From: Antedon mediterranea
Lineage: Eukaryota > Animalia > Echinodermata
Assembly: GCF_964355755.1 (NCBI RefSeq)
Contig: NC_092676.1
Coordinates: 2,175,788 to 2,239,787, forward strand
Reading direction: 5' to 3'
DNA: 64,000 nt
The notes under the pieces were generated by a model. That model did no database searches. It was not told where the DNA came from and worked only from the letters and a program-made list of their open reading frames with translations. Positions 25,376-37,393 of the stretch are shown piece after piece. A program made the position numbers and the translations under genes. Position 1 is the first letter of the stretch. Every line of letters starts with the position of its first letter.

Positions 25376-27087
25376 ACGTTAAAGCCTATAATACTAGTAT
25401 TTATTCTATTTTTGTGTTTATTATTACAGATGTTCAGATACCGGTCACTCTAAAACGCAAGACAGACTCTAAAGATCAACTGCCTAAAAAAAAGATCTAC
25501 AATAAAACTTTATCACAAAGTACTTCCACTGAAGATAAACCATCTATTAAAAGAAACCTAGATGAAAAACTTCAATCATTACAAAGAACTATCGATAAAA
25601 TTCAGCAATCTTTATCAAATGTCTCTGAAGTTAGTCCATCATCACTACAAGCTATTGCTGACAATCATTCACAAAAAAGCACTGAGAATTGGTTATCAAT
25701 AATAACTTCAAAAGATAATCGACTACCTTCACAATATCTTCATCTTAATAAATCTGTACACGATATTGATACAAATTTGCAATTATTACAAAGAAAAATT
25801 GATAAAAATCTGCGATCATTACAGAGTACTCGCACTGAACTAAATAAACTTAATAACAAACTGCAAACTTTACACAATATTCTTGAAGAAAATCAACAAA
25901 ATTTGTCAAGGTTTACACAAAGATCTTGTGATTTCTTTCTTCAACTTTTTCAATATGAAAACATGATGACAAAAGACGATGAAGAAATATTATTTTCAGG
26001 AATACAACTATTTATTAATTTCTGCAAAGAACATGGGTTAAGATTAACCAAAGCAGAACACAGTTGTATCATATTCAACTTCTCTGTACTGGATCCTGTT
26101 GCTTTGACGAACCTTTGGGAAATGTACAAAAGTGGAGAGCTTCTTGTAAAATTATCAGAAACATTAGTGGCAGAGGAACATCAGCACACATTTCAAATGG
26201 AATGGATGACAGAAATGGATAAAGATAAATACCAAGAAGCACTCTTGAAACAGATGGTGAGAAATATATGTTGTTAGTGTCTTAATCTATAACAAAACTT
26301 ACAGTGATAATGAACAACATTTTGCATGTAGTTATGTACAAGTGCATTTCAAAATTGCAACCAAAACATAATATCTGTAATGTTGTTTTACAATTCCATT
26401 CTAATATTTTGTAGAGTCAGGGAAGAAGGAACTTCCTGGTGGACTACAGTATTAGAGACAAATTGATAAAAATGACTTCTATTATACTAATTTGAGAATA
26501 TTATTGGAAATTAAGGTTTAATACTGTTCTACGACACTCACAAGTGTGGTAGAACAGTATTGAACTGATATGTATAAATCTCTTCATTCTCGATTATTGG
26601 AAATGTATTCATAGTTTTTTTTATATCTTCTGAATTAGACATATCAGCGGAATCATCCTTTGAATTAAACACAGGTGAGTTAATGTATTTATGTTACGAA
26701 GTGTTTGTTGTCCAACCAAACATGTTACCATTAAATTTAAAACCATTACTTAACCTTTACCTTACATGGAGTCACCACAGCATAGTATGAACACTGCATC
26801 ATTGATTCCTTATGAACACACAAAATTAAACCACTCTGGCCTACATTTGCTGTACAATCCTGAACTTGTAAACCAAAAAATTTAGAAGAAATATGAATTA
26901 TTTAGACTCTACGAAATATCTTCATCTTAAAAAATGAGATGAAAATAAATGAGTAACAATTCGTTTTTAATTATCATTAGAAGACAAATAGAAAAAATAT
27001 AAATAAGTTTCTTATTTTATTCTTATTTGAATAAGGTAGAAAAATAGTATACATATTTTGTCATAGTAATAACTTCTTCAATTCCAG

Positions 27088-28781
27088 CTTCACCACCACA
27101 GTGCAAGATTCACAGTAAACCTTTGGATTATTACTGCAAGGATTGTCAACACCCAATCTGTGCAAGTTGTAGGCCTTCAATTTTGGGTCACAGAAATTGT
27201 GCAGGCAAACAAAAGCCAATAACAATTTCAGAGGCATTTAAAGCATTTCAGAAACTTTTCGCAGAATTAGAAAAGGATGCCGATACCTATACAAGAGAAA
27301 TAAAAAACATCTTAAAAGGAGTTCAAGAGATTGATACAGAACTGGAAAAAAATAAATCAAATTCTTTAAAAGATATTGAAGACAATGTAAAAGAAACCAT
27401 CAAGACAATCAAAAAGAATGGAGAGGCAATGGAGAAGCAAGTGAAAACAATTTATGAAAAGAAAAAGACAGAGATTGATGAACAAACAAAAGAATTAAGT
27501 AAGCCAATATCTGATGTGGACACAAAACTTTGTTTACTTAAAGAAGTATTGAAAGGCAATGAAGTATCAGCAATGGAATCAAGTAAAATGGTGGTTAAAG
27601 AACTAAGAGACAGAATTAATGAGGTACCAAAAATAAAACCAATTGATGATGGACAAATTCACTTTCATCAAATCAAACAGAAATTTGTTGAATTACAAAA
27701 GATTGCCATAGAAAATGTGAAAAACATTGAAAAGGAAATTAAAGTGACAATGGCTGACTATCTAACATTACAAGCAAATGAATCTGTGATAGAAAATGAA
27801 ACCATCATAGTAAAAGTAACAAAACTGCATAACTGTAAAGTAGATGCAAATCAACTGAATGCAACATGGTCTACCCAGCAAGAACGGGAAGAAGTGAAGT
27901 TTGAAGAAAAAAATGGAGAATATGTCTTGACAAGAAAATGTACAAGCCCAGGAGATTGTAGATTAGATGTGACAGTTGATGGCAAACACATCATAAATTC
28001 ACCAATGACAATCACAGTAGAAAAGGGATTAATCAATTCTATCAACCTAGACTTTGTTGGTGAAGATGTACTTAAGTATAAAGATGATTGCTTACTGGTT
28101 TCATGTTGGACAAATGAAATATTTAAGTGTAAGCCATCAGGAGAACACATTGGTAAAATTACATTACCAGAAGGTACAACGGTTAACAGAATGTTCAAAA
28201 TGAAGAATGGTGACATCGCATTCAGTGATTTTGGTAAGGAATGCATTACAATATGCACAATGGATGGTGAGGTGATTAAAACATTTGGTAAAGGAGTATT
28301 GTCACTTCCATATGGTATCCATGTAGATGAGGAATCAAATGTTGTCTATGTAGCTTGTATTAATCATACATACAAATTCAACATTGATAGTGGACAGGTC
28401 ATCCATAGATGGCCACAACACAATAATGCAAGTGTAATTGATGTTACCTTTACAAACCAAAGACAGATTCTCATATTAGACTGGAATAATGGACTACAAC
28501 TGACTGATAATGATGGAAGACCAATCAAAGTTCTTGTTGAGGCATCAGATGTAGATGTAATGGGAAAGTTGACAGAGCCACGTGCAGTAGTAGTTGATAA
28601 AGATGATAACATCATTGTATCAAGTTATCACAATGTACAACTCTTTGATAAAGATGGTAAATTCATAAAAGTGATTGGTGAAACAAAATGGGCATACGGA
28701 CTATGCATCATTTCACATCAGCCACAGACAATTGCTGTAATAAATCGGTGTGACCAATCATTGAAGATATTTAAATATTAA
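27088..28781 (+). CDS. Open terminal exon of unit B (B-box2, coiled coil, filamin, NHL)
   Basis: ATTCCAG acceptor at 27087, phase 1, in frame with the 552-aa ORF. Confidence 0.75.
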
Positions 28782-29020
28782 ATGCTATGTATTATATTGA
28801 TTTTTGATTTACTATATGTTCTGAATATTAATTATAATACATAAAATTCAGATGATAAGATACCAATACAGATTGAAAATTAACCATAATAACAGAAAGA
28901 CATTAATTGGTGTAAGCCAGAAGGACAAACCTACACAAGCTATACAAAGTTAAATTGGAGAATCTTAGTATCACCTCTAAACAATAACAAACCATAAATT
29001 ATAAAAAACATGATTGTTGT

Positions 29021-29047
29021 AATTCAATTCAATTCAATTCAATTCAA
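29021..29047. repeat. (AATTC)n microsatellite
   Basis: About 5 copies, visible directly. Confidence 0.85.
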
Positions 29048-29073
29048 TTTTTATTCTACTGCTATTTGACAAC

Positions 29074-29086
29074 ATGGCTACATCAG
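29074..29086 (+). other. Orphan copy of the DED-unit start exon (MATS)
   Basis: TATTTGACAACATGGCTACATCAG|GTACAGTAG is nearly identical to 37383-37415; no DED exon follows before T4. Confidence 0.65.
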
Positions 29087-30044
29087 GTACAGTAGGACTT
29101 TCATTTGAAGTATTTTGCAAATCCTGGATTACACTAAATGCCTTTTGTTATAACTGAATAATGTAATCCTGCCTCCATCATTTAAAATATATTTATTTTA
29201 CAACTTTAATTCTTAAAATGAAAGTTAAATTTATTTGTGTCAGTTTTAGATTACAATAAAAATATATTAAAAGTTAATTTAAAGTGGTTTAATCTCTTCT
29301 ACAACTTTGTTCTTCAGGTTGTAGCTTCCCATTTTAAGTATACTAGTGTAATGTAAGCGTATGTATACCGTGTTCTGTGTTCACAATAAAATATATTAAA
29401 AGTAAATTTTTTTAAAGATTTATTTAATCTCTTCTACAACTTTGTTCTTCAGGTTGTAGCTTCCCATGTTTTCATTCATATAGACCTACAGTTAAAAATA
29501 ACAGCAACGGAAACTGGACAAATTTTCAATAACCAGCAGTCTGAAAATAACAGTTAAAAACACCCAAGCAGTTGGTGATTAAACCGTAAATTTGATTGGC
29601 CACCGTTGAACTTAAATACTGTTACATCCTATCGTTTAGCCGCCTCACTGCATTGCATTTTGGGTATTTTTAATGTTTTTTGTCGACAACCACAAATTGA
29701 TTCAATGGTTAGACACAAATTTATCAGAAATGCAGTCAGTATAAACGTTATATTTGAATATAAACAGTTTTATTTGGTGCTATGCAGCAGAAACAGACTC
29801 TTAGATTTCAAAACATATTTGCAATAATTTTTACAATTTTTTGTTAATATGCCATTTTGATGAATATTTATCCACTTTGACCAAAAATTTGAAAAATATT
29901 TACCTGAAAAAATTGTAATTTAAAGAAAAAAATAGTCAAATTGGCTGTGGATTTTTGGTTGAATTTAACTATTTATTTTGTCATTTTATAAGTGAAAACA
30001 TTATTTTTTTTCTTTTTTTTTTCTATGGAAGTGATTAACTTTAA

Positions 30045-30591
30045 AGATGTATTGTCCTTTTGACTAATTCCAAAAAAATAAAAAATAAAAGATTTCGAAA
30101 AAAGGTGGGTCATTTTGAAGTATCATAATAGTTATTAACTATCACCAAAAATGTTTCGAAAAAAAAAAAATTTAACTGAAATACATACGTTTTTTTGTTA
30201 CAAAAATAACTTTGACTTCCAGTCAAAGTTTTCAATCAAAACATATCCCATAATGAAACGCGCTTGTTTGGCTACTCTGTATGCATAATCATAAAACTTT
30301 CTCATGATCTTTGTGAAAATACCTTCTTAACCGTGACGAGTTGTAAACAATCCTAATTTAGCATATGCATAATGCGTACTCATAGTTTGAAATCTTTGTT
30401 TACTTTCGCTCGTGACGATTTTCCAGATGAAATGTAATCAAAGTAATTTACCTGTTAATTACGTAAACTTGTTGTTTTTGGCTCGAATTTTCGACTTAAA
30501 GTGAAAAACTTTAAAATTACTTTGATATGGCCACTTTAAATTTAGAATATTTTGACCTTCATTTTTTTGTGTTTCAAGGGACAATACATCT
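30045..30591. mobile_element. TTAA-flanked element nested in an older relative (outer copy ~29820-30672)
   Basis: TTAA|AGATGTATTGTCC ... GGACAATACATCT|TTAA; a second right TIR ends at 30672; the outer pieces match the uninterrupted copy at 55131-55391. Confidence 0.75.
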
Positions 30592-31889
30592 TTAATGAAA
30601 TTACAAAATAACATATTCATAGTCTGATTTAATTAATCTTCATTTTTCATGTTTTTTGGGGACAATACATCTTTAAGGGAGGAGGTATTTTGGCAAATTA
30701 GGTCATGTTAAATATTGGTCCAGCATGTAATGATCACCTAAATTACAATATTTTTTTGAGATATTTATATGAAATTTGTTACTGTCCTTTTAATTGATTG
30801 AATTTGAATAAAACAGATCAGGTAAATTGAGGGCTATCGACTGTCTATGAAATGAACCATTGCTAAAATGTCCAACAGATGTTGTTGGACATAAAACGAA
30901 AATACAATAATAGATGCAAATATATGACATTCAATACTTTAGACAAGTGCAATATATGACTGGCACAGCCTTGGTGATAGTCTATAGAAAACTGGCTACC
31001 GTGAAGTTAGCTACTTGTAGATGCAACGAAAGAAAGAGAATCAAGGTAAGAAGAAATATAGATATTCTTTTGACATTTCTCTTCTTATTGTGAAATGTGT
31101 GATAATGTATGTAGTTTGCAAAGTTTTTTTATTATTTATTGTAAAATAGTGCCATGAGCATATTTTTTTTTCTGATGGACACTTGCGCACAAAAAGCCTA
31201 CGTTATTATTTTTACTATATCTGAATCGAAAACGGTGGGTTTGTTTGACATCTAACCCACACATCTATTTGAAAAAACTATGATTGAACACTCTTACCAC
31301 AAGTGCCTCATCTAGCCTCGTTTACTGTAGAATGATCGATTAAAAGAAATATAAATAAGAAATATATTGTCTACAGTATATGTATACATGTTTGAATAAT
31401 ACATTACACACTTAAAGGAAAACTAATTTCCTTTAACTGTGACTGTTTTAACCTCACATAAGTTATTCACTTTTACCATAAAGGATAAAAAAATTATTCA
31501 CCTGATAAACTGTAAATTAAATAAAAACTAAAAAGTGTTGAATTTGTATTAAAAAAATTAATAATAAAGTAGTCAAATGGAAGAGAAATCATTATTTTTG
31601 TTTAAAACAAAAGTGAATAATAACTTTATTACAACTGCAAAATGTCCTACTAATAGTTTTACTGTATTTGAGGACAATACATATTTTAACCTGTGACATT
31701 TTAATATAATTTATGCCCACAGAATTGCAAGAAAAACTATCCCATGATTACATTGTAAGCCAGAGAAACACAACATTACATTGTAAGTTATCAAATCAGT
31801 CAAACTATTAATATAAATCAGATTCTACTTAAATAAATTTCATAAATGCTTGATACAATATTATTGATTTTTCACAAGGTATTTCAAAG

Positions 31890-34007
31890 ATGGCTGCTGC
31901 TGCTGGTAATACAAATAAGTTTTTAGAAGACATCAATGAGCATCTAGAGTGTAGCATCTGCACTGATCAACTAAAGGATCCAAGAACTTTAAGCTGTCTA
32001 CACACCTTCTGTTTGACATGTCTAGAAAAATGGGTGACGAAAAAAGGGACACTAACTTGTCCTACATGCTGCAAAACATATCCAATTCCAGAGGGCAGGC
32101 TTCAAAGCCTTACACCGAATACATTTCTAAACAACATTTTAGAAACTGTTCAACATTTTTCAGAAAAGAAAAATTGTGTTTGTGGGATGGTTGGAGAAGT
32201 GGAAAGTTACTGTCAGGATTGTAAAGAGTACATATGTTCCATTTGTTGCGCCAGTCATAAAGGAATTCCAGCCTTGAGAAGTCACAAGCTATATTCCATG
32301 AATAAGATGAAAGAAATGAGCTCAATACCGATTGCATCATTGCATCCTTCACAGTGTGAAGCTCATAGTAAACCTTTAGAATTTTACTGCAAAGATTGTG
32401 AACACCTAATCTGTGTGAATTGTACAATCTTGGGCCACAGAGATTGTGAAGGGAGACAAAAGCCAATAGGAACTTCAGAGTTATTTAAAGCATTTAAGGA
32501 AACTTTGACAGAATTGGAAAAGGATGCGAATACTTTTACAACAGAATTAGAAAACAGCTTAAAAGAAATTCTAGAGATCAATACAGAACTGGAAAAAAAT
32601 AAATCAAAATCTTTGCAAGATATTGAAGATTATGTACAAGAAACTACTAAGACAATCAAAAAGAATGGAGAGACAATGGAGAAGCAAGTAAAAACGATTT
32701 ATGAAAAGAAAAAGACAGATATTGATGAACAAATGAATGAATTAAATACAACAATATCTGATGTGAACACAAAACTGAATTTACTTCATAAATTATTGAA
32801 AGGCAATGAAGTATCAGCAATTGAATCTGGTAAAATGATAGTCAAAGCACTGACAGACAGAATTAAAAATGCACCAACAACACATCCAATTGATAACGGA
32901 CAAATTTACTTTTGTCAAATCAAAGAGCAATTTATTCAACTAAAACTTATGGACACTAAAAAAACAACTGACTATACTGACTATCTAACATTACAAGCAA
33001 ATGCATCTGTGATTGAAAATGAAATCATGGAAGTAAAAGTAAGAAAACAAAAGGAATGTGAAGTAGATGCAACTCAACTGAATGCAACATGGACGACACA
33101 GCAAGGAGAGGAAGAACTGAAGTTTGAGGAAGAAAATGGAGAATATGTCTTGACAAGAAAATGTACAAGTCCAGGAGTTTGTAGATTAGATGTGACAGTT
33201 GATGGCAAACACATCATAAATTCACCAATGATAATCACAGTAGTAAAAGAATTAATCAATTCTATCAAATTAGACTATGGTGGTCAAGATGTACTTAAGT
33301 GTGACAATGATTGCTTGCTGGTTTCATGTCAGACAAAAGAAATACTGAAGTATAAGCCATCCGGAGAACACATTGGTGAAATTACATTACCACAGCGCAC
33401 AAGAGTCAACAGAATGGTCAAAATGAAGAATGGAGAGATAATATTCAGTGATAGAGGTAAAAGGTGCATTACAATATGCAATATGAATGGTAAGGTGATT
33501 AGAACATTCAGTAAAAGAAGAGGATTGTCATCTCCAGAAGGTATCCATGTAGATGAAGAATCAAATGATGTCTGTGTAGCTGATGGTTACAATGGTACAG
33601 TGGGCTATGATATATCTAGTGGTCTGGTCATCCATAAATGGTCACAACCTGATATATGTGTCATGGATGTTACATTTACAAACCAAAGACAGATTCTCAT
33701 ATTAACCTCGCATCATGGACTACAACTAACTGATAATGATGGAAGACCAATCAAAGTTCTTGTTGAAGCATCAGATAATGAAGCTGTGGGAAAGTTGACA
33801 AATCCATGTGCAGTAGTAGTTGATAAAGATGATAACATCATTGTATCAAGTTATCAAAATGTACAACTCTTTGACAAAGATGGTAAATTCATAAAAGTGA
33901 TTGGTGAAACAAAATGGGCATTAGGATTAAGCATCATTTCTTATCAGCCACGAACAATTACTGTAATAGATCAGTATAACAAAGCATTGAAGATATACAA
34001 TTACTAA
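31890..34007 (+). CDS. TRIM-NHL copy T4, 705 aa, intact
   Basis: Same architecture; upstream donor AAG|GTAAGAAG at ~31045 resembles that of T1. Confidence 0.9.
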   Translation: MAAAAGNTNKFLEDINEHLECSICTDQLKDPRTLSCLHTFCLTCLEKWVTKKGTLTCPTCCKTYPIPEGRLQSLTPNTFLNNILETVQHFSEKKNCVCGMVGEVESYCQDCKEYICSICCASHKGIPALRSHKLYSMNKMKEMSSIPIASLHPSQCEAHSKPLEFYCKDCEHLICVNCTILGHRDCEGRQKPIGTSELFKAFKETLTELEKDANTFTTELENSLKEILEINTELEKNKSKSLQDIEDYVQETTKTIKKNGETMEKQVKTIYEKKKTDIDEQMNELNTTISDVNTKLNLLHKLLKGNEVSAIESGKMIVKALTDRIKNAPTTHPIDNGQIYFCQIKEQFIQLKLMDTKKTTDYTDYLTLQANASVIENEIMEVKVRKQKECEVDATQLNATWTTQQGEEELKFEEENGEYVLTRKCTSPGVCRLDVTVDGKHIINSPMIITVVKELINSIKLDYGGQDVLKCDNDCLLVSCQTKEILKYKPSGEHIGEITLPQRTRVNRMVKMKNGEIIFSDRGKRCITICNMNGKVIRTFSKRRGLSSPEGIHVDEESNDVCVADGYNGTVGYDISSGLVIHKWSQPDICVMDVTFTNQRQILILTSHHGLQLTDNDGRPIKVLVEASDNEAVGKLTNPCAVVVDKDDNIIVSSYQNVQLFDKDGKFIKVIGETKWALGLSIISYQPRTITVIDQYNKALKIYNY

Positions 34008-34187
34008 AACTGCAATAATCTATGAACTGTGGAAATCAATCACTCTGTAACAATAACACTTTTCAAAATTTGTCTAACAGTATAGAGCACCCTCTCTAAA
34101 ATCCTTACAGCTGCCAGTTACTATATTATATTTCTGTACTGTATAGGCTTAGTATTACCTGTGTTTACAATATTGTATTATACTGTA

Positions 34188-35669
34188 TCTATATATAAAT
34201 TTACGTAAGGGCAAAATTCGGTAAATCGCGCCTTACTTTTAGAATTTTTACTCGATGGTATGTAAAGTTGGTTCGTACTTTCGGTACTGATTTTAACCAC
34301 CTGATTTAACCCTGTTTACTAATTAAATTAAGTTAGATAATTAGTTATTGACGATTAAAACGAATTTAGGTTCAAAGATTTGCCCCAAATAGGGGTGTTT
34401 TCCGATCGTGGTATACACTGTCTAATGGATGTCCATCTTGAAAAATACCCGCCACAAAAATGCGAGGAGGCTTCGCATTTTTCTATCTCCTCCTACGATA
34501 ATTGTTTTTAATAGCTGAAAACCGGTTGAACAGTTCGAGTACAGCATCATAATGTTGAAGACAGGCCGATTTTCTTTAAAAAATACTATTTTGATACATT
34601 TAATATACGTTTTTACAAATGTATTGATTTGTGATAAATGGAACATTCCAAATTATTTGGTTTAACCATACAGGTATAGATTTAGATTTATGGGCCTCCT
34701 TGGAGAATAAACATAAATAGTATTGCAATGCTGTACAATACTGTTAAGGTATTAACCACTTTTGATCGCAATTTGAATCGCAAATGTCTTACTGTGAGTG
34801 TCGGTACTGTTAGATGTAATATAAAAATATAAACAAATAAACTTTATTACTGTGAGTGTGGGTAGGCCCTACTGTTAGATTATAAACATATAATATACAA
34901 ATAAACATTCCAAATTATTTGGTTTAACCATAGAGGTATAGATTTAGATTTATGGGCCCCCTTGGAGAATAAACATAAATAGTATTGCAATGCTGTACAA
35001 TACTGTTAAGGTATTACAAATAAACTTTATTACTGTGAGTGTGGGTAGGCCCTACTGTTAGATTATAAACATATAATATACAAATAAATAAACGTTATTA
35101 CTGACAGTTGCTTCTCAACGTTTGTATTAATTAATAATTTAAAACTATATAAACGTCGTAGTGGTGTATCGTTACATGTACTTTACTATTTCAATCGACT
35201 ATGACAGTGAGAGTTTTAACAAAGTACCGTATTAAATCGTAAATGTTTTACTGTATTTAGTGGTATATTATTTATAGGCCTATAAAACATTAAAAACAAT
35301 ATTTCGTTACTGAGTGGTGGATAAGAATATATTTTAAAATGTTTCCTCTTTGTACCTATCTTCTTCCCCCATCCCTCAACCCTTAATGTTACATACAAAA
35401 CACAAATTGGGTTTGTTTAAATGAGTCCAAATAAAAAATTTTGACTCATTTTGTTTCTCTCTCGGAAGTAATTCTCAGGGTGCTAATTTTGGTTGATTAC
35501 ATAAATCATTGTGTATATTTATTCGTTTCTGTAAACGACAATGTATTATAGTCCTGCGGTACGTACATTTGAAATCTCCATTTTTTTCTCGCTGGAAATA
35601 CTGTGTATTCGAGAACCATCTGTGGGCACGACCTAGATGGTACGCGAGCGAAGCGAGCGTGCCATCTAG
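34188..35669 (+). mobile_element. Non-autonomous Helitron, ~1.48 kb
   Basis: A|TCTATATATAAA 5' end; 3' hairpin TAGATGGTACGC...GCGTGCCATCTA ending CTAG|T; internal direct duplications at 34643-35095. Confidence 0.75.
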
Positions 35670-35954
35670 TTTTTATAAATTTGGATCCAATATCATTCCA
35701 CAAAAAGGATTTCCAAAAATGATTATTCTAATTAGTATTGCACACTATATTTGGTTACGGTATATATTTTGATTTGTTTGTTACTACTAACATAATATGG
35801 TTTAATTATCAGCAACAGTATAAAAAATGATTGACATTTTTTAACCAAGGTCAAATCCGCCTCTCAAAACCAGAATTCATACAACATCTGGAAAAAAGCC
35901 AACATTTGTACTTCAAGAAACAAAGTTATTATAGTGAAAGTTTAGCTATTACAT

Positions 35955-36069
35955 TTTATGTGACAAAAAAAATGTGATGTGGCCATATATGTATATGTAT
36001 GCATATCACTATCATATTTGGGCACATCACACTTTGTTGTCAAACTAGTTTGATAGTGTAGACAGAGCT
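35955..36069. mobile_element. Partial MITE, same family as 1449
   Basis: Right TIR AGTTTGATAGTGTAGACAGAGCT followed by TTA; left TIR missing. Confidence 0.6.
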
Positions 36070-37393
36070 TTAGTAATTCAGCTTTTAGTTGACATGCTTT
36101 ATGTTACTTTATATTTGTAAATTATAAATAATAATTATATTACATATCGTATTTCATTTATTTTTATTCTATTAGTTTAAGTCAATATCAAATCCAAAAA
36201 TGATTTTGATAATTTAAATATTTACCAATTTGGCTGTCCTGTAGAGAGAATATGTATCTGTATTGTAAACCTCTTAGCACTACAGTGTGTGTAAAGATAG
36301 AGTATTTGTTATTGTTGTTTAATATATACATAAACTGTGCTGTAATTCAGAAAGAGTGAACATTGAAATAAAATAAGCATTATAAAGGGAATTGCAATAT
36401 TTATATTAACTGTCTTTTCTAAACTTTCTTTTACAACCTTACAGCATACAGAACCATAGCAAAAGGTCTGCTGTTATACAATCTATTATACCACATTTTA
36501 GTTAGCCATGTTGGTTGCCATTTCCCTCTCTATTGAATGGGCTGATAAATTCTATAGAAAAGTTTAGTTTTGTGTGCATGAACAAATTATCAAAGTCTTA
36601 ATTATGATTCAAGTCACTGAATATAATAATAATACACCAATACTAAAATAATAATACTAAGGTTAAAAGTCGAATGAACACAATATCAGAGGCTGAACTG
36701 TTCAGATGACTGAACACCCTATTCTTTAAGTAAATTTTACATAATAAAAGTATGCTTGCAGAAAGGCTGGTTGTAGACAGAATTTATGAACAAATTATTA
36801 TCAGACTCTCGCATGATTCTGTTGACAGTTGGAGTTAGAAGCTAAGGCCGATCAGTTAAGAATATATTTCAAATTTGGAATAAAGGTATTTTTCTTTTTA
36901 ATTAATAAATACATTTATGTACACATTTTGTACTCATTTTATCATTAAATACACAGTTGGATTGGTGTACCTGGTGGATAAGGGCGGGGTTACAGTCTTT
37001 CCTACCAACTGTACATTTGGAAGCTAATTTTCCCCCATAAGCTTATTGTCACAAGATTTTAACGTTTATCTATAAGCACAGTGGCACATTTAGCCCAGGG
37101 TGTTCCTTTCCTTTAAACCTATGAATATTGCATGTTTGAATCTATAGTCATAAGCACAGGCTCGGTGGTATGAACCCCAGGCTAGTAATCTGGAGGAAGT
37201 ACAGTAGGCAGGTACAAACATACATCTGACGTTCAATTGATTTCAACTTGACAATAGTTATGCTATGGGATAATAATAATAGAATTATACTAAATAGAAT
37301 ACAGCAATGGACCATGCCTGGCCATACAGATTTTTTTCTTCATTTTTCAGAAATACACCAATAGATAGAAAACAAGTACTGTTATTTGACAAC

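Larger units (their letters stand above)
23632..28781 (+). pseudogene. Unit B: DED-DED + TRADD-N-like + B-box2/coiled coil/filamin/NHL, RING-less; exons 23632..23644, 23913..24438, 25430..26256, 26639..26674, 27088..28781; two small frameshifting deletions
   Basis: Exons are paralogous to units A and C. A 5-nt deletion near 23942 gives an early TAA; a 7-nt deletion near 26244 shifts the donor phase. The last exon is fully open. Confidence 0.65.

Noticed and set aside
26415-26438. Extra 24-nt micro-exon in unit B
   Set aside because: Phase-compatible but the donor (GTGGAC) is weak and there is no counterpart in units A or C.
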